NCBI RefSeq assembly: GCF_001949145.1
Contig: NW_019091361.1
Coordinates: forward strand, 2,403,825-2,467,824
Reading direction: 5' to 3'
DNA from: Acanthaster planci
Lineage: Eukaryota
Length of the DNA stretch: 64,000 nucleotides
The notes under the pieces are model-generated. The model was not told the DNA's origin, ran no database searches, and saw nothing but the letters and a program-made list of their open reading frames with translations. The position numbers were made by a program, and so were the translations under genes. Shown here piece after piece: positions 26,201 through 37,075 of this stretch. Every line of letters starts with the position of its first letter. The stretch's first letter is position 1.

Positions 26201-28642
26201 CCCGGGTGTGTCTTGCATGCGTCCTTACATCACCTGTTACAAGCCCATGAGGGTAAAATCCAATTATATTGAATTTTACCTCATCCTTGGGGTATTGCCT
26301 GAAACACTTGTGAACATATCCGCGGGCAATTTGGAAATATAAATTGTTTGTGTGTCTACTTTATTAAGTGACACGTTGCTTTCTCTTAGTAAAATGATAC
26401 GAGATCGCCATTAGCGGGAACGCACGTTAACAGGATGAAAAAAAAATCCAGCATTTTCCGCAGATTCAAAAGTTCGAAAATTCGACGACGTCATTGTATT
26501 ACGAGAGGGACGCGGGCATGAATTACATCAGAGCTATTCATTATTTTGTTCTAGGAGTAGAATTCATATTATGGAATCAAACATTGCTTGCCATAAAAAC
26601 AAAATGTTCTGGGTACTTCTGCTCGCACTAACTCTTCAACTTTTGTTCCATCCTGTGCAGGTAATATTCACGGTACCAAACAGACTGCGCAGCGACGAAA
26701 AATGGAAGCCTAAAATCAAGGGCCTGCGCGAATTGACTTCCCATATAAAGGAAAACACTCGCTGATCTAGACGTCGCGTCGGCGGGCAGACAGAAATACT
26801 TGTGCATTAAACCGAGCGCATATGCTATCTGTGCGCGGAGGGAACTAATTTATCCGTGATCATTGTTTTGATGATTTTTCCAATTAGTACGGCAGAGCGA
26901 TTGTTTTCCTTCACTTGTGAATGCTTTAGAACCCTGCTCTCAGTTGGAGGCCGGTCGGTACATTTTCATTTCACTTTATTGATGACTTTACGCCTGTATG
27001 ATTAAGCAAAATAACCGCCGTAAGTCTTGTTGCGGACTTCCCAGAAGAGTCTGACATAATCTTATTGTAATATAATTTAGAGGCTTTTTGTTCGGTTTTA
27101 TTTCTCAATGGTGCAGTTATTTTTCTTCTGATTACGAAACTCTTGATCTATTAACGATTTTCGTTCACCCGATATTAGTTCCTATCTTAACTAGAAGACC
27201 CCGAGGGACACGTTGTGTGAGGTACTTATCGCGAATGAGAAAAACAGTGTGTGGCCAGTTGTCTTGGCAAACTTTGGAAGTTCTGGAACAGAGTGCGGCT
27301 CTTGGTTATACGCTTCAACTTAACCAGGATTAAGGAACAATTTCGCAGTATGCAACAAAGGTAGGACATGAAAAGGGGCTGATCTGTTACATGTTGAATT
27401 AAAACTATACTACGTGCAACGGAACTCACAATAGCGGAAGACGTTTGCATCTTAACCAGGTGGTATGTTTTCTTCAAGAGGCAATCCGATACAACAGCGC
27501 GCCTCCAAGAGTTTGCATGCAGCGGCCGATCACAGTGCGCGAAATCTGTCGACCCAATGCGCGTCTGGAAAGGGTCGACATATTTTGTGATTGGCAAATG
27601 CGTTGCAAACTCTTCTGTTGTGTCTTCTGTTGTGAATCGCTCGTATAAAGTTTAGTCCAGGCAATTTTTCTGTTTTACAGACAAATCTTGATATGTTGGA
27701 TTCAGGGGTTCCACTGCTACCAGTTTTGAGTAATATGTTTCAATCGTGAGATAGCTCGAAGCGTCTTGCCGATTTCGGGAATGCATACTTATGCAGTACG
27801 GATACAATCCAAAGGAGCAACATAATTGAATTGTCCCATCAATCACGCTCCGGCCGCCAGTCCTGCAGCGTGCAAAAGGACCGCGAGGGCCTGATACTGC
27901 CGACTGTTGCCACCAGTGGCACATCCAGCGGGGCCCTTGGAGGGTGGGTGGAAGCCAGGCAGACACTTGCCCATGTTTCTTCTTGTTTTATAGATTTAAG
28001 TCATAGTGACACCACTCTTTGTTCACATGTCCACTTTCCTGCAGCGGTGATGAGGTGGGATGCTATCCATCAAGCCCCCATAGCGGAGATCGTGAAGCTG
28101 TTATGTTGTAGATCCATGCAAAGCGCTTGTGAAACGCAACTACCTTTCTTCGCGGTTTGAGACTCTTTAACGGACGCAGAATAGAAAACTATCATGAGGA
28201 AATGATAACTACACCCCAACCTAGACCAAAAATTTGGATGGATACACTGCTCTAGATTGAAATGGGAATAGCTGGTTAAAACTCCAGATTGCTTATGCCG
28301 ACTTATGATGGCTGGACATTGTCAGTTAGTACTCAAGTTTCAAAGTTCCAACATTCATTAATTGTTGATACAGGTCTACTGCGCCAGACTTATTTATGAA
28401 TTATTACATGAATTGATAAAAACGTCATTAGGATTTACAGTATACGATCAAAAATAGTTTGTAATTGAAACAAAATAAGAGAAGAAAGGTTAGACCTGAG
28501 AGGACTGACTTACTGCCACATTCCCGAGGATGGTGACGATCATGATTATGGAGAGGAAAAGTGCTTGGAATATGAAGTATCCCAAGGGTGGGGATAGGGT
28601 TCCCTTCATGCCATCTTCACGAGGTGCCGAGGTCCCGTTCAT
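11227..28642 (-). CDS. Class A (rhodopsin-like) GPCR, GPR161/GPR101-like orphan receptor, ~510 aa, 3 coding exons
   Basis: Minus-strand exons: 28642-28514 (MNGTS...ILGNVA, donor gtaagt, phase 0), 16888-16653 (VCYVVYR...SLALADL...TLAAVSID-R, cag/gtaagg, phase 2) and 12394-11227 (R-YVAILKPLKY...stop). Sum 1533 nt, in frame. Motifs: TM1 GN, TM2 LAxAD, DRY split by an intron, TM5 P..Y, TM7 NSAANPLIY, helix 8 and a Cys cluster. No TM3 Asp3.32 (not aminergic) and no TM7 Lys (not an opsin). Subfamily is a recalled similarity. Confidence 0.93.
13411..13630. repeat. Subterminal ~20-21-bp tandem array (ATTGCGAAATAATGCAATAGT-like) behind a TACGG-type transposon end; truncated DNA-transposon relic
   Basis: Degenerate units across 13458-13630, preceded by TACGGAAGCCGGTTAGTGCC at 13411. 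No matching right TIR or TSD found. Confidence 0.6.
22900..23141. mobile_element. MITE with imperfect TIRs (GGGTAATTCCAGAAATAAGG / CCTTATTTCTAGACTTACCC)
   Basis: Terminal inverted match, plus an internal inverted pair TGTCACATCTGAC / GTCAGATGTAACA. Flanks ATAT / ATAC are a possible 4-bp TSD. Confidence 0.65.
24624..24762. mobile_element. Imperfect palindromic (foldback) MITE
   Basis: Arms CTTGGCTGGTCTTAAA / TTTAAGACCAGTCAAG and TAATGCC / GGCATTA around a central GCCTACGGC hairpin. Confidence 0.6.
25535..25548. promoter_or_regulatory. Perfect palindromic RFX X-box (GTTGCCTAGGCAAC) in GPCR intron 1
   Basis: Exact fit to the X-box consensus GTNRCC-N0-3-RGYAAC, in a locally CpG-rich patch. Confidence 0.55.
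27477..27646. mobile_element. Palindromic MITE, degenerate copy of the family also at 35800-35975
   Basis: CCAAGAGTTTGCA ... TGCGTTGCAAACTCTT arms. The core GTCGACCCAATGCGCGTCTGGAAAGGGTCGAC is the reverse complement of the core of the second copy. Confidence 0.75.
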
Positions 28643-29517
28643 CCTAACATGGTTTTCGGTTGCGCCAGTATCATAACTCCGAAAGCACACACTTAGCAGT
28701 CAACACGCTTAGTGTCGTCCCCACCTCCAAGCCTGATCAGCCCTTCACGGCGAACACGAGGATTTTGGCGCAATAAGGACTATTGTCGGGCGATGTCTGA
28801 CGGTGAACTCCCCGCTCATCATCCGCGCTTGAGATGAGACTGTCCGGAATACACCACGCTGCATCCTTCCCCCATCAGATCATCAGCGCTTGTCTTTCAC
28901 GTCCCGTCAACGAATAAAATGCTTCAAGTTGTGTGTCTGCAGGAGACACACTCCCGTTGACCTGTGCTGCAGAAAGTACCCAGTGGAATAAGTTGATTTC
29001 ATCGAGTGGTACATAATATGCGCGGCCGAGGCTGCATGCATGCGGCTTGCTGTTACGATTCGTACGTATTGCATCCGCGCCGCCGTTGACAATCCCTAAC
29101 CACAAAGGAGGGCGCTCATGCGGCATTTCTCACAGACCTTTTTGCCACACGCACTATGGTCAGGACAGTGTATGGGTGAGTGTAACCTTTGACGTCATCC
29201 ACGAAAGCATCGATCTTATGCAGTTGTTCATTTTCGACCCCGTTAATATCTTCTGCTTGCACTTAATGCTTGCCAGTGCAATTCTGTTTAAAAAAGGTGG
29301 AATAATACTTAACCAAACTAGCGGTAACTTCCCTAGACGGTGTCTACCGCGCCGCAACGAAACGCTCTCTACGTAACGCTCGTCCCCAAGAACCTTGATG
29401 ATGTTCTAAGGATGGGCTAATTTATTCAGGCCACATGACGTAATTTTTGTAAATCCTCATTGGATATAGTTCATTTGGATTCAGCATGGATCAACAGTGC
29501 AACACCACCGCCTGCGC

Positions 29518-29740
29518 CAGTGGCGTATCCAGCTTTGGTGTACATGTGTGGGGGGGATTCTAAAGCGAATGCGGCTTCAGGCTCATTTAACATGATGTTG
29601 GTGGAGAATTACATTCTTGTTAATATTTGATAAATATATACATCAATTACTTTCTTTCTTACTCACTTATGAAGTATTCTTTGAAAAAGAAAAATCCGTC
29701 AGGGGGGCAAGTAGCCCCATCCCCCCCCCTTACGCCACTG
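29518..29740. mobile_element. hAT-type MITE (223 bp) upstream of the GPCR
   Basis: TIRs CAGTGGCGTA / TACGCCACTG; exact 8-bp TSD GCCTGCGC (29510-29517, 29741-29748); G/C-run subterminal boxes. Confidence 0.85.
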
Positions 29741-32700
29741 GCCTGCGCCATGACACGTGCACGCAAAACGCCATGCATTGATTTGATGATGGCAGCAAGT
29801 TACAACCACAAGAATTTGCGGTGCCTTTCGAGATCACCCAGCGCCTGACGGCCTTGCACAGATTTTAGCGAAGGACACACGTCATACGGGGTCACAGATA
29901 ACGATGCGTAGAGCATTGTGGGTAAATTTTTGCCATGCGCGCGAGCTCACTCAATGCATTACATAAGCGGCGGTTATCAATTCGATGTTTTTCTTTGTTC
30001 TCCTCATTGCTGAAAATATTCTCACTACACTTTATTCGTTCATCCAAAATTGACCAAGATAACCGATGATTTTCAATACATATCACCAAAAGACACGTGA
30101 TCAGTGATACTTAGTGAGAAGATGAATTACCACACTGTGATTGTACTAAGGCCGCCAAAGAATTACCATTGGCGCAACAAAGCAAAAAATGAAAAAATAA
30201 ATAAAATAAATAATGCTTTGCCAACAAGAAGTGATAACCTCGCGGTCACAGGTCGTGCACAATGTAGCCAAACACAGTGCAAAGCCATCAGCCCTTCCCG
30301 GCGTCCTCTGGGGCGCCGCGTGTCGATCGAAGATGTTGTGAAGCAACCTTGTTCTCATGGGTAAGATGTTGCTGCGACACGTACGTGGCATGGTCTGAAC
30401 CCTGGTATTGTATCATTTAATATCCCACTCCTATTTAAATCAGGACTATAGTCAATGCGTTTTCGTGCGACGCAGATTAATTTAAGAGTGGGTGCGATTT
30501 ATTTTACTTTATTATTCATCCCGAATAGCCAGAATAGCCAGTTGGCGTCAGTGCCGTATTCTAACGACCAGGGGCTATAGTGAAGGAACGCGCACGCAGC
30601 CCACGGAGTCGAGGCTGCTTGTGAGGGGCACATAAAGCTATGTATAGCTCCATGGAAGCGCATTAGCACATCCCAGCGCATGCACGACACGTGCAATATG
30701 AATGAATTTCTCTATTAATGAGAAGCACGTGCGTGTGCACGCGTTACCTATTAAACTTAGTCCACATCCCTGGATTATTCTCCCGTGTCTGTGAGCTTGA
30801 CACAAATGCAGAGTGCTGAATAGCCAAGCTGGACCAAGGCTTAGTGATTGCTATTTTGAGCTGCGTTATCGGAATTGAAAGAGTGGGACTGTAGTTGGAA
30901 TTCTCAGGGAATTTTATTTTCTCCCACAACTTCCAGTTTGAAAAAAAAAATTAATTAGAAGGGAAAATAAAAGATTACACTTCTATAGAAGTCTTGATAT
31001 TGATTACTTGTAGGTAAAATGGGGAAATCGATCGAAAAAAATGACCATTTGGAGAAAGAGGGAATGACCCCTATGTCTGCCTTTTCGGGCGAGAAATTTA
31101 TTTTCTTCATCCCTGCTCCTAGATTTTACACTGGTTGTCTTTCGTGTATGATGACCGTTCAGTAATAGTAAAAATGAGAGTCCTGTATCCTGCAAGGATT
31201 ACCTTCAACAAGTCACGATCAAAAAGCCGTTTCTCTCACGAATCACAAACCATAACACGAAGGCTAAGAGGACTCTAGACCAGTGAAGGGCAAACGAGCA
31301 GCGAACTGCTTGTTTAATGGCTCAACAATGATAGATCACAGAGCTAAGAACACATAACATGGGCGTATGTGCACAGCTAATGGGACACAACTTCCATGCC
31401 CATTCAAAATCAGTTTATTTGCATTGACATCATTGGTCAGATTCGTCGTCAAGCCAAAGCGGGTTATTGTGATTTTCTGCCATTGAATGCCCAAAGCTGA
31501 GTCATGTACAAAGTGGCAACATAACTGCTTGAGATCGATTTATAAACTGGCTTCCTAGGTTTTCAAGTATAAAGTAATGCAAGCAGCACTGAGCAAATTT
31601 CCAAAGTACCAAAAATCATTGCACCAAAACTCAAGACTTCCATGAGCAAGTCAGCTAGGAATAATTATTATGGGGAAGTGAGATTGTAATTACTCCGTCG
31701 GTTCTCTGAGGCACGTATTGCTTAAGTCTGTCCCTGTCAGCTGCAGTCCGCTGCACTTTCGCTTACTGATGAAAATCGTGAAGACTGTCTATCGTCCTTT
31801 TAATTACAACGGTTCCTTATATCAATCCTACCGTGACAGCTGAACAACCTTACGGAATTGGAACTGGTGAAGAAAAATGTCGTTTGAGCAGCCTGCCTCG
31901 CTGAAAGTGAAAGCTATTTCAACAATGATGTATACAGCGTATTGATTCTTTATTCCTTATTTGGTTTGGGTTGGCTAAGTTGTTGCAAAAAATTAATTTC
32001 TATGAGGTAAGTCTCTAATTTCCTTGGGTATCTGAACAATTACGGATTGTTTTAGGACCAACAGTAGGTATATCTTTGCACTAGAAATACCACAGAATCA
32101 TATTTTCTATTTACTATATTATGGAACTCCATTTTTTACGTTGGTGTGTATAAATCTAATAAAGTTCTTCTCACTAAACATTCTTTACTTTATAAGGTAT
32201 AGTCGCAGTCCTCACAATACCTGGTAACAACAAGCCTATTGTGAGCCCTTTCGCTTAAATCTGCACTACCACCACCAATAACTGTTTGACAATTTTGACA
32301 ATGACGGATCTTTTATTTGGTTTTTTTTTTTTGAGGAACAAACCGCCGTTTTGTTTTTTACAACACATTATGTTCCAACTAGAACGAGAGGTGTTGTCTA
32401 TACTACGACGTGAGTTGTCATCACAGTTCGCAACATTCTTAGCCGCTCTTTTGGTCAATCATTTACGTTACCAAGGTAATACATTACGGCTATTTAAGCA
32501 GCTGTTGTGTGATAACCCAAAGGCCTTGCGACCTTTTTCTGATTAACCTCCTTCACCCTGTGCCAGCCCACTCTTGGCAGCCAAGTTTAGTTCCAGACGA
32601 GATGATGAAATTCAACGTGCTTTTCTTTCGTCTCCTTGACATCTGTTGTCATAGGGGTGCCATTTTTCACCGCACATTGAAAGTTGCATTTAAATAGGCC

Positions 32701-34228
32701 ACATGTACACACAATCGAAAGAAGACAAGACAGTCCTCATTTTTCATTCACATCGTAGGGAAGTCGATTCCAGACCCAAAGCAACCACTTCCCGAAAAAC
32801 ACAGAACACACCTAAAAAGGTCAAGTTGTTTCTCTGGGCCATCCAAAGGACTATCGGCGCGAAAATTTCACTCAAGGTTTTTTCGCAAGGTTCACAATTT
32901 AAAATGATGCTCGCTAGTTGAAAATAGCATTACGCATGCACTGCCCTCAGCTTGGTTTTAAAGGGGAAATTTCGATAGCGGGAGGGTTCAAACTGTCATG
33001 AATCGTTAGTGCAATGATCTGTCGTATTGTTGCGTTGGAAATAAAAATGTTGGTTAGTTGAAATGATGTTAGCATCTTTGGAGATTTTTTGGGGTTTTTA
33101 CCGAGATATCCAATATCTTATGCTTTTCATTGCAAAATTATGTCTGTGTGTTAGGGTAGAGGATAACAAGTGGAGCGTTTTACTGTGAACGCTTAAAAAA
33201 AAGGAGAGACGGAAGCACATTGTAGTGATGCTTCCCAATGAATTGAAAAAAAAATTCAAAGAAGATAAAGAAGCTTCAGAGAACTTTAAAAAAATATTTA
33301 AAAAAAAGGACGCTATGCGAAGGGGAATCCGTTGACAGTTATGTAATAGACGTTATCCACTGAGAAACCATTTTCGATGTTACTCCCTGAATTTAATTTA
33401 TTTAATGTAACCCGTGTAATGGGGATGGTGCCAGGTTATTTTGGGTTTCAAGTCTCACTTCTTTTCGATTGTGGCATTACGTTTGATAATTCAACACGAT
33501 AATTCACAAATCTTAAATTGTTCATCTGTGTAAGCCCATTGTAGTTTGCAATTTGAGTTATTTATTTCATCGAATTTGTTTTTTACTATCGGTTACCCAA
33601 AATGACAAATGAACCTCGCTTTCAGTACACTATGGCTGACTTGTGAATAGGGCTATTTGGAGACGGTTCTCTATTACAAGAGGTGATGGACTAAAAGTTT
33701 GACCCTCAAAGGATGTTGTGAATTTGTGTGCACTGTGAATACTCCCGCTCCTTTAAAGGGCATTTTCATAATTGGTGTACCAGCTTGGGGCAGTTCAAAC
33801 CTGACAAGGCGCTTTGCAACATGCCATGCGTAGCGAGCAAAGGTAGATTAATCAGTTCGGGGGATAGTGTCGGATATCGCAGGAAAAAATAGCGAGGAGA
33901 AAAATCGCAACGAAGATGGACCGCTTATATCCCAAGGCTCAGTCGTTTCGTAGATGTCTGGACGTGTGAACATGGAAGGTCCCTACAATTATGAACATAG
34001 AAAACGAATGGAGGGACGGCGGCTCCCAGTGATAAGGGGAAAAGTAAAAGATAAAAGAAAAACAATGAAAACTGCAAGGGGCAGAACACAGAGAAAGCAA
34101 TGGAAATGTTTGTAAAGAGATATGGATAAAAAAGTTGGCAAACTGCCAGCTGATTAATTATGCAAATGATCAGCTTGTCGGCTGGATAACCCACAGCAAA
34201 TAGATCTAATGACATAACAGGACTGAAC

Positions 34229-35646
34229 TATGGAATTCCATATCTGCCGTCGCCCGTCGTCCGTCGCATTTTGCTTTCTGTTGTGTCCCAATTCTGCCAT
34301 TTACCAGTTCCAAACATGCCATTTTTCGTCGTGCGTCGCCCGTCGTGCGTCGTCCGTCGCCCGTCGTCTGTCGTGCGTCGTCCGTCGTCCGTCGTGCGTC
34401 GCCCATCAAATGGGTTGCATAGGACCTGCAAAAGCCGTTGTTTAACAAATGACAATGTGATGATTCCATTCACTTCTAAAGATCTTTTCCGAATAAGGCA
34501 AGTACAAATCCCACCTGCAAAGCATATACTAGTCACATAATTAATTCCAATAATGCTTAACTACCCCTGCCCCTTGACAAGAAAATATCGCCTCTCTGAG
34601 AATTCAACCAAGTGTTTTGGGGGAAAACATTTTCAGCAAAAATGTTCCGACCAACTTATCCACAGTGTTATTCTAATTTGCATACTGTAAAAATGTGCCG
34701 ACTTGTTTTCATCAAATTCCAGGAAGAAATCTGCCAACCGATACAGATATTTTATCCTGTCCTCTCAATTTCACCTTGAAATCCAGAAATACTAGACGTG
34801 CTGTGGATAAAAAACTGTTTATTAGATGTATTGTTAAGGGGCAATTACCACTTGGTTTAAGTTTCAGAAAATATGACGTGTTGGTTTTTGTGGGTGTATA
34901 TGCCATGGTGGATAGACCAATAAGAACAGGTTGTCCAGTACATCAGCATTATTTATGGGGCTTACAAGTAACGTTACTGTTTAAAAGACTTCTGTGAGCC
35001 AACTTGCAACTGAAGTCATGTCTAATTTGGAGTATACAGCAGATTTCATCATAGGTATACCCGCCCTCAAAATAATGCTGAATCAGTTTGTCTCTTATGA
35101 AAACTATTGGGAATCAAACATCGTAAATAATTTATTATTTACATTCCATTCTGTGGGATATCGTGCAGGGACAGACAGAAATATCACATAGGCTATAGAC
35201 CTAAAGTCTGGCTGTTAACGAGTAAAGTTACGTCTAGAGTAACTAAGTTATCGAGAAAAACAATCTACCCTAATAAAACTCTATTTTGTTAATTTATTTA
35301 TGTAACCAAAATGGTATTATTTCACATACACGTTACTCAGCCGATGTCAGGATATTATTTCTTCTTTCAATTGGAGTTTGGCGCAACTGGAAAAACGAAT
35401 ACATGTACATTTTCTGGTTCTATTGCAAAAATGAGAGTCGGGCATGGTGGATCGATCGAACAAGGACATGTACATGTGAAACGATCAAGGGTCAAAGTTA
35501 AAAATACCACTGCGCAATCGTGACAAAAAACCCACGGGCGACGCACGACGGGCGACGCACGACGGGCGACGCACGACGGGAGACGCACGACGGGCGACGC
35601 ACGACGGGTGACGCACAACGGGCGACGGAAGATATGGAATTCCATA
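34229..35646. mobile_element. 1418-bp non-autonomous DNA transposon with IS3EU-type termini and 7-bp subterminal tandem repeats
   Basis: TIRs TATGGAATTCCATATCT(G/T)CCGTCGCCCGT; exact 6-bp TSD CTGAAC (34223-34228, 35647-35652); inverted arrays of CGTCGTG/CGTCGCC-type heptamers near 34327-34403 and 35536-35627; no internal transposase ORF. Confidence 0.85.
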
Positions 35647-35799
35647 CTGAACACGAAGAGAGTGCAATTTTTGTTCTGTGGNAGTGCGGCAATGTCCCTT
35701 GTCGTGTTGATCCTTTTGATTTCCTGTGTGATCCGCTTAATTCCGTGCCATCGTTCTATGGATAAACCCCTCTTCTAATGTTTCTCCATCAGTAAGAAG

Positions 35800-35975
35800 A
35801 ATAGGGGCGATTCACAATAGTGCGCCACCAAGAGTTTGCAACGCGTTGGCCAATCATAACGAGCGAAATTAGTCGACCCTTTCCAAACGCGCATTGGGTG
35901 GACAAATTTCGTGCATTGTGATTGGCTAATGCGTTGCAAACTCTTGGTGGCGTACTATTGTGAAACGGCCGTATT
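35800..35975. mobile_element. Palindromic MITE (family shared with 27477-27646)
   Basis: Near-full-length foldback: TTCACAATAGTGCGCCACCAAGAGTTTGCAACGC ... GCGTTGCAAACTCTTGGTGGCGTACTATTGTGAA, with inner CCAATCA / TGATTGG. Confidence 0.85.
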
Positions 35976-36304
35976 GTGTTGTATAACCTGGCTTTGGGGA
36001 TATATTCTTACTTTGTTTTGTTTTGCTTTTTATATTGAGTTCTGTTTTTGTACTTTTCTATACTTGAATCTCCATAAATTAAAAAGCGAGTCAGATTATG
36101 CAGGCATCTGGCTCTATAGGAATTAGCAAGCAATTGCAACTGGTTAGTGTTGGGTATTGGCCTTCACTAGCAGGTGTTCGTTGGGGGTAAATTGGGTTGG
36201 ATATTTGGTTGTGTGGGTTGCGTTGAGCTGGAATCGGGAATGGTTAGGATGGGTTCATTGAAGTTAGGTTGGGGTCATTTCGGTGCGGTTCGCAGAGGCG
36301 TCAC

Positions 36305-37075
36305 CCGATCCGACTACCAACCGCTACTTATAATTGGGGCTTTCACACCAAATACACCATGCTACAAGCAGGTTGGTATCATAGGATCGTAGCATGGACT
36401 ACGTGCGGCACACTTGTCAGCTGGACCAGTTTAGCTTACGCACCGCAGCTGCAGCTCTCTGTTGTGTAGCAAGTGAGGGCGCTTTTCATCCTATATATGC
36501 TTACAGGTTGCAGGCCAATGCAAAAATAAACTGCCATAGCCAACAGTGATGAATACCCGAACTTCAAAAAATCAGGAAAAATAATCACGAGTTTCTTAGG
36601 CGTTCGAGATGCACATCAAATTAAAGTCCAGTTTATGGTTTTTCATATTCTTCTTCAAATTTCAATTCATTAACCGAGGACTTTTTGAAGATATTTATTT
36701 CCACGGAAGGTCACCCCTACAATGCAGTCGTGAAGCCCCTCACCATTTTGAAATATCGATACCTACACTTCAAATAAAAAATAGACCGTTTTCAGGCACC
36801 GATTTCTTCCAAATCTCACTCAGACGCAAGCTGGTATTCTTTCTGCCCGCCTAAACCTATCTTTTCTACAAATCTGCAAGTTCATGGGCCACAAAATACT
36901 CTATTTCGGGGTGCATACAAATTGTGACTTGGCCCTGGCGAGCAGTTTTCGGCCTGCATCCTACAAGTGTGCCGAACGTAGTCCATGCTACGATCCTATG
37001 GTACCAACCTGCTTATAGCATGGTGTATTTGGTGTGCAAGCTCTCCTTCTAAGTAGCGGTGGGTAGTCGGATTGG
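36305..37075. mobile_element. ~770-bp non-autonomous element with ~113-bp TIRs
   Basis: Left 36305-36417 (CCGATCCGACTACCAACCGCTACTTA...GGCACACTTGT) is a near-perfect inverted copy of 36963-37075. A third solo end lies at 46703-46738. No clear TSD. Confidence 0.85.

Noticed and set aside
11227..28642. Opsin or biogenic-amine receptor identity for the GPCR
   Set aside because: Position 7.43 is Phe (no retinal Lys) and TM3 has no Asp3.32.
34206..35765. RRTTDDG/VVRRPS repeat ORFs
   Set aside because: Translations of the heptamer subterminal repeats of the transposon, not proteins.
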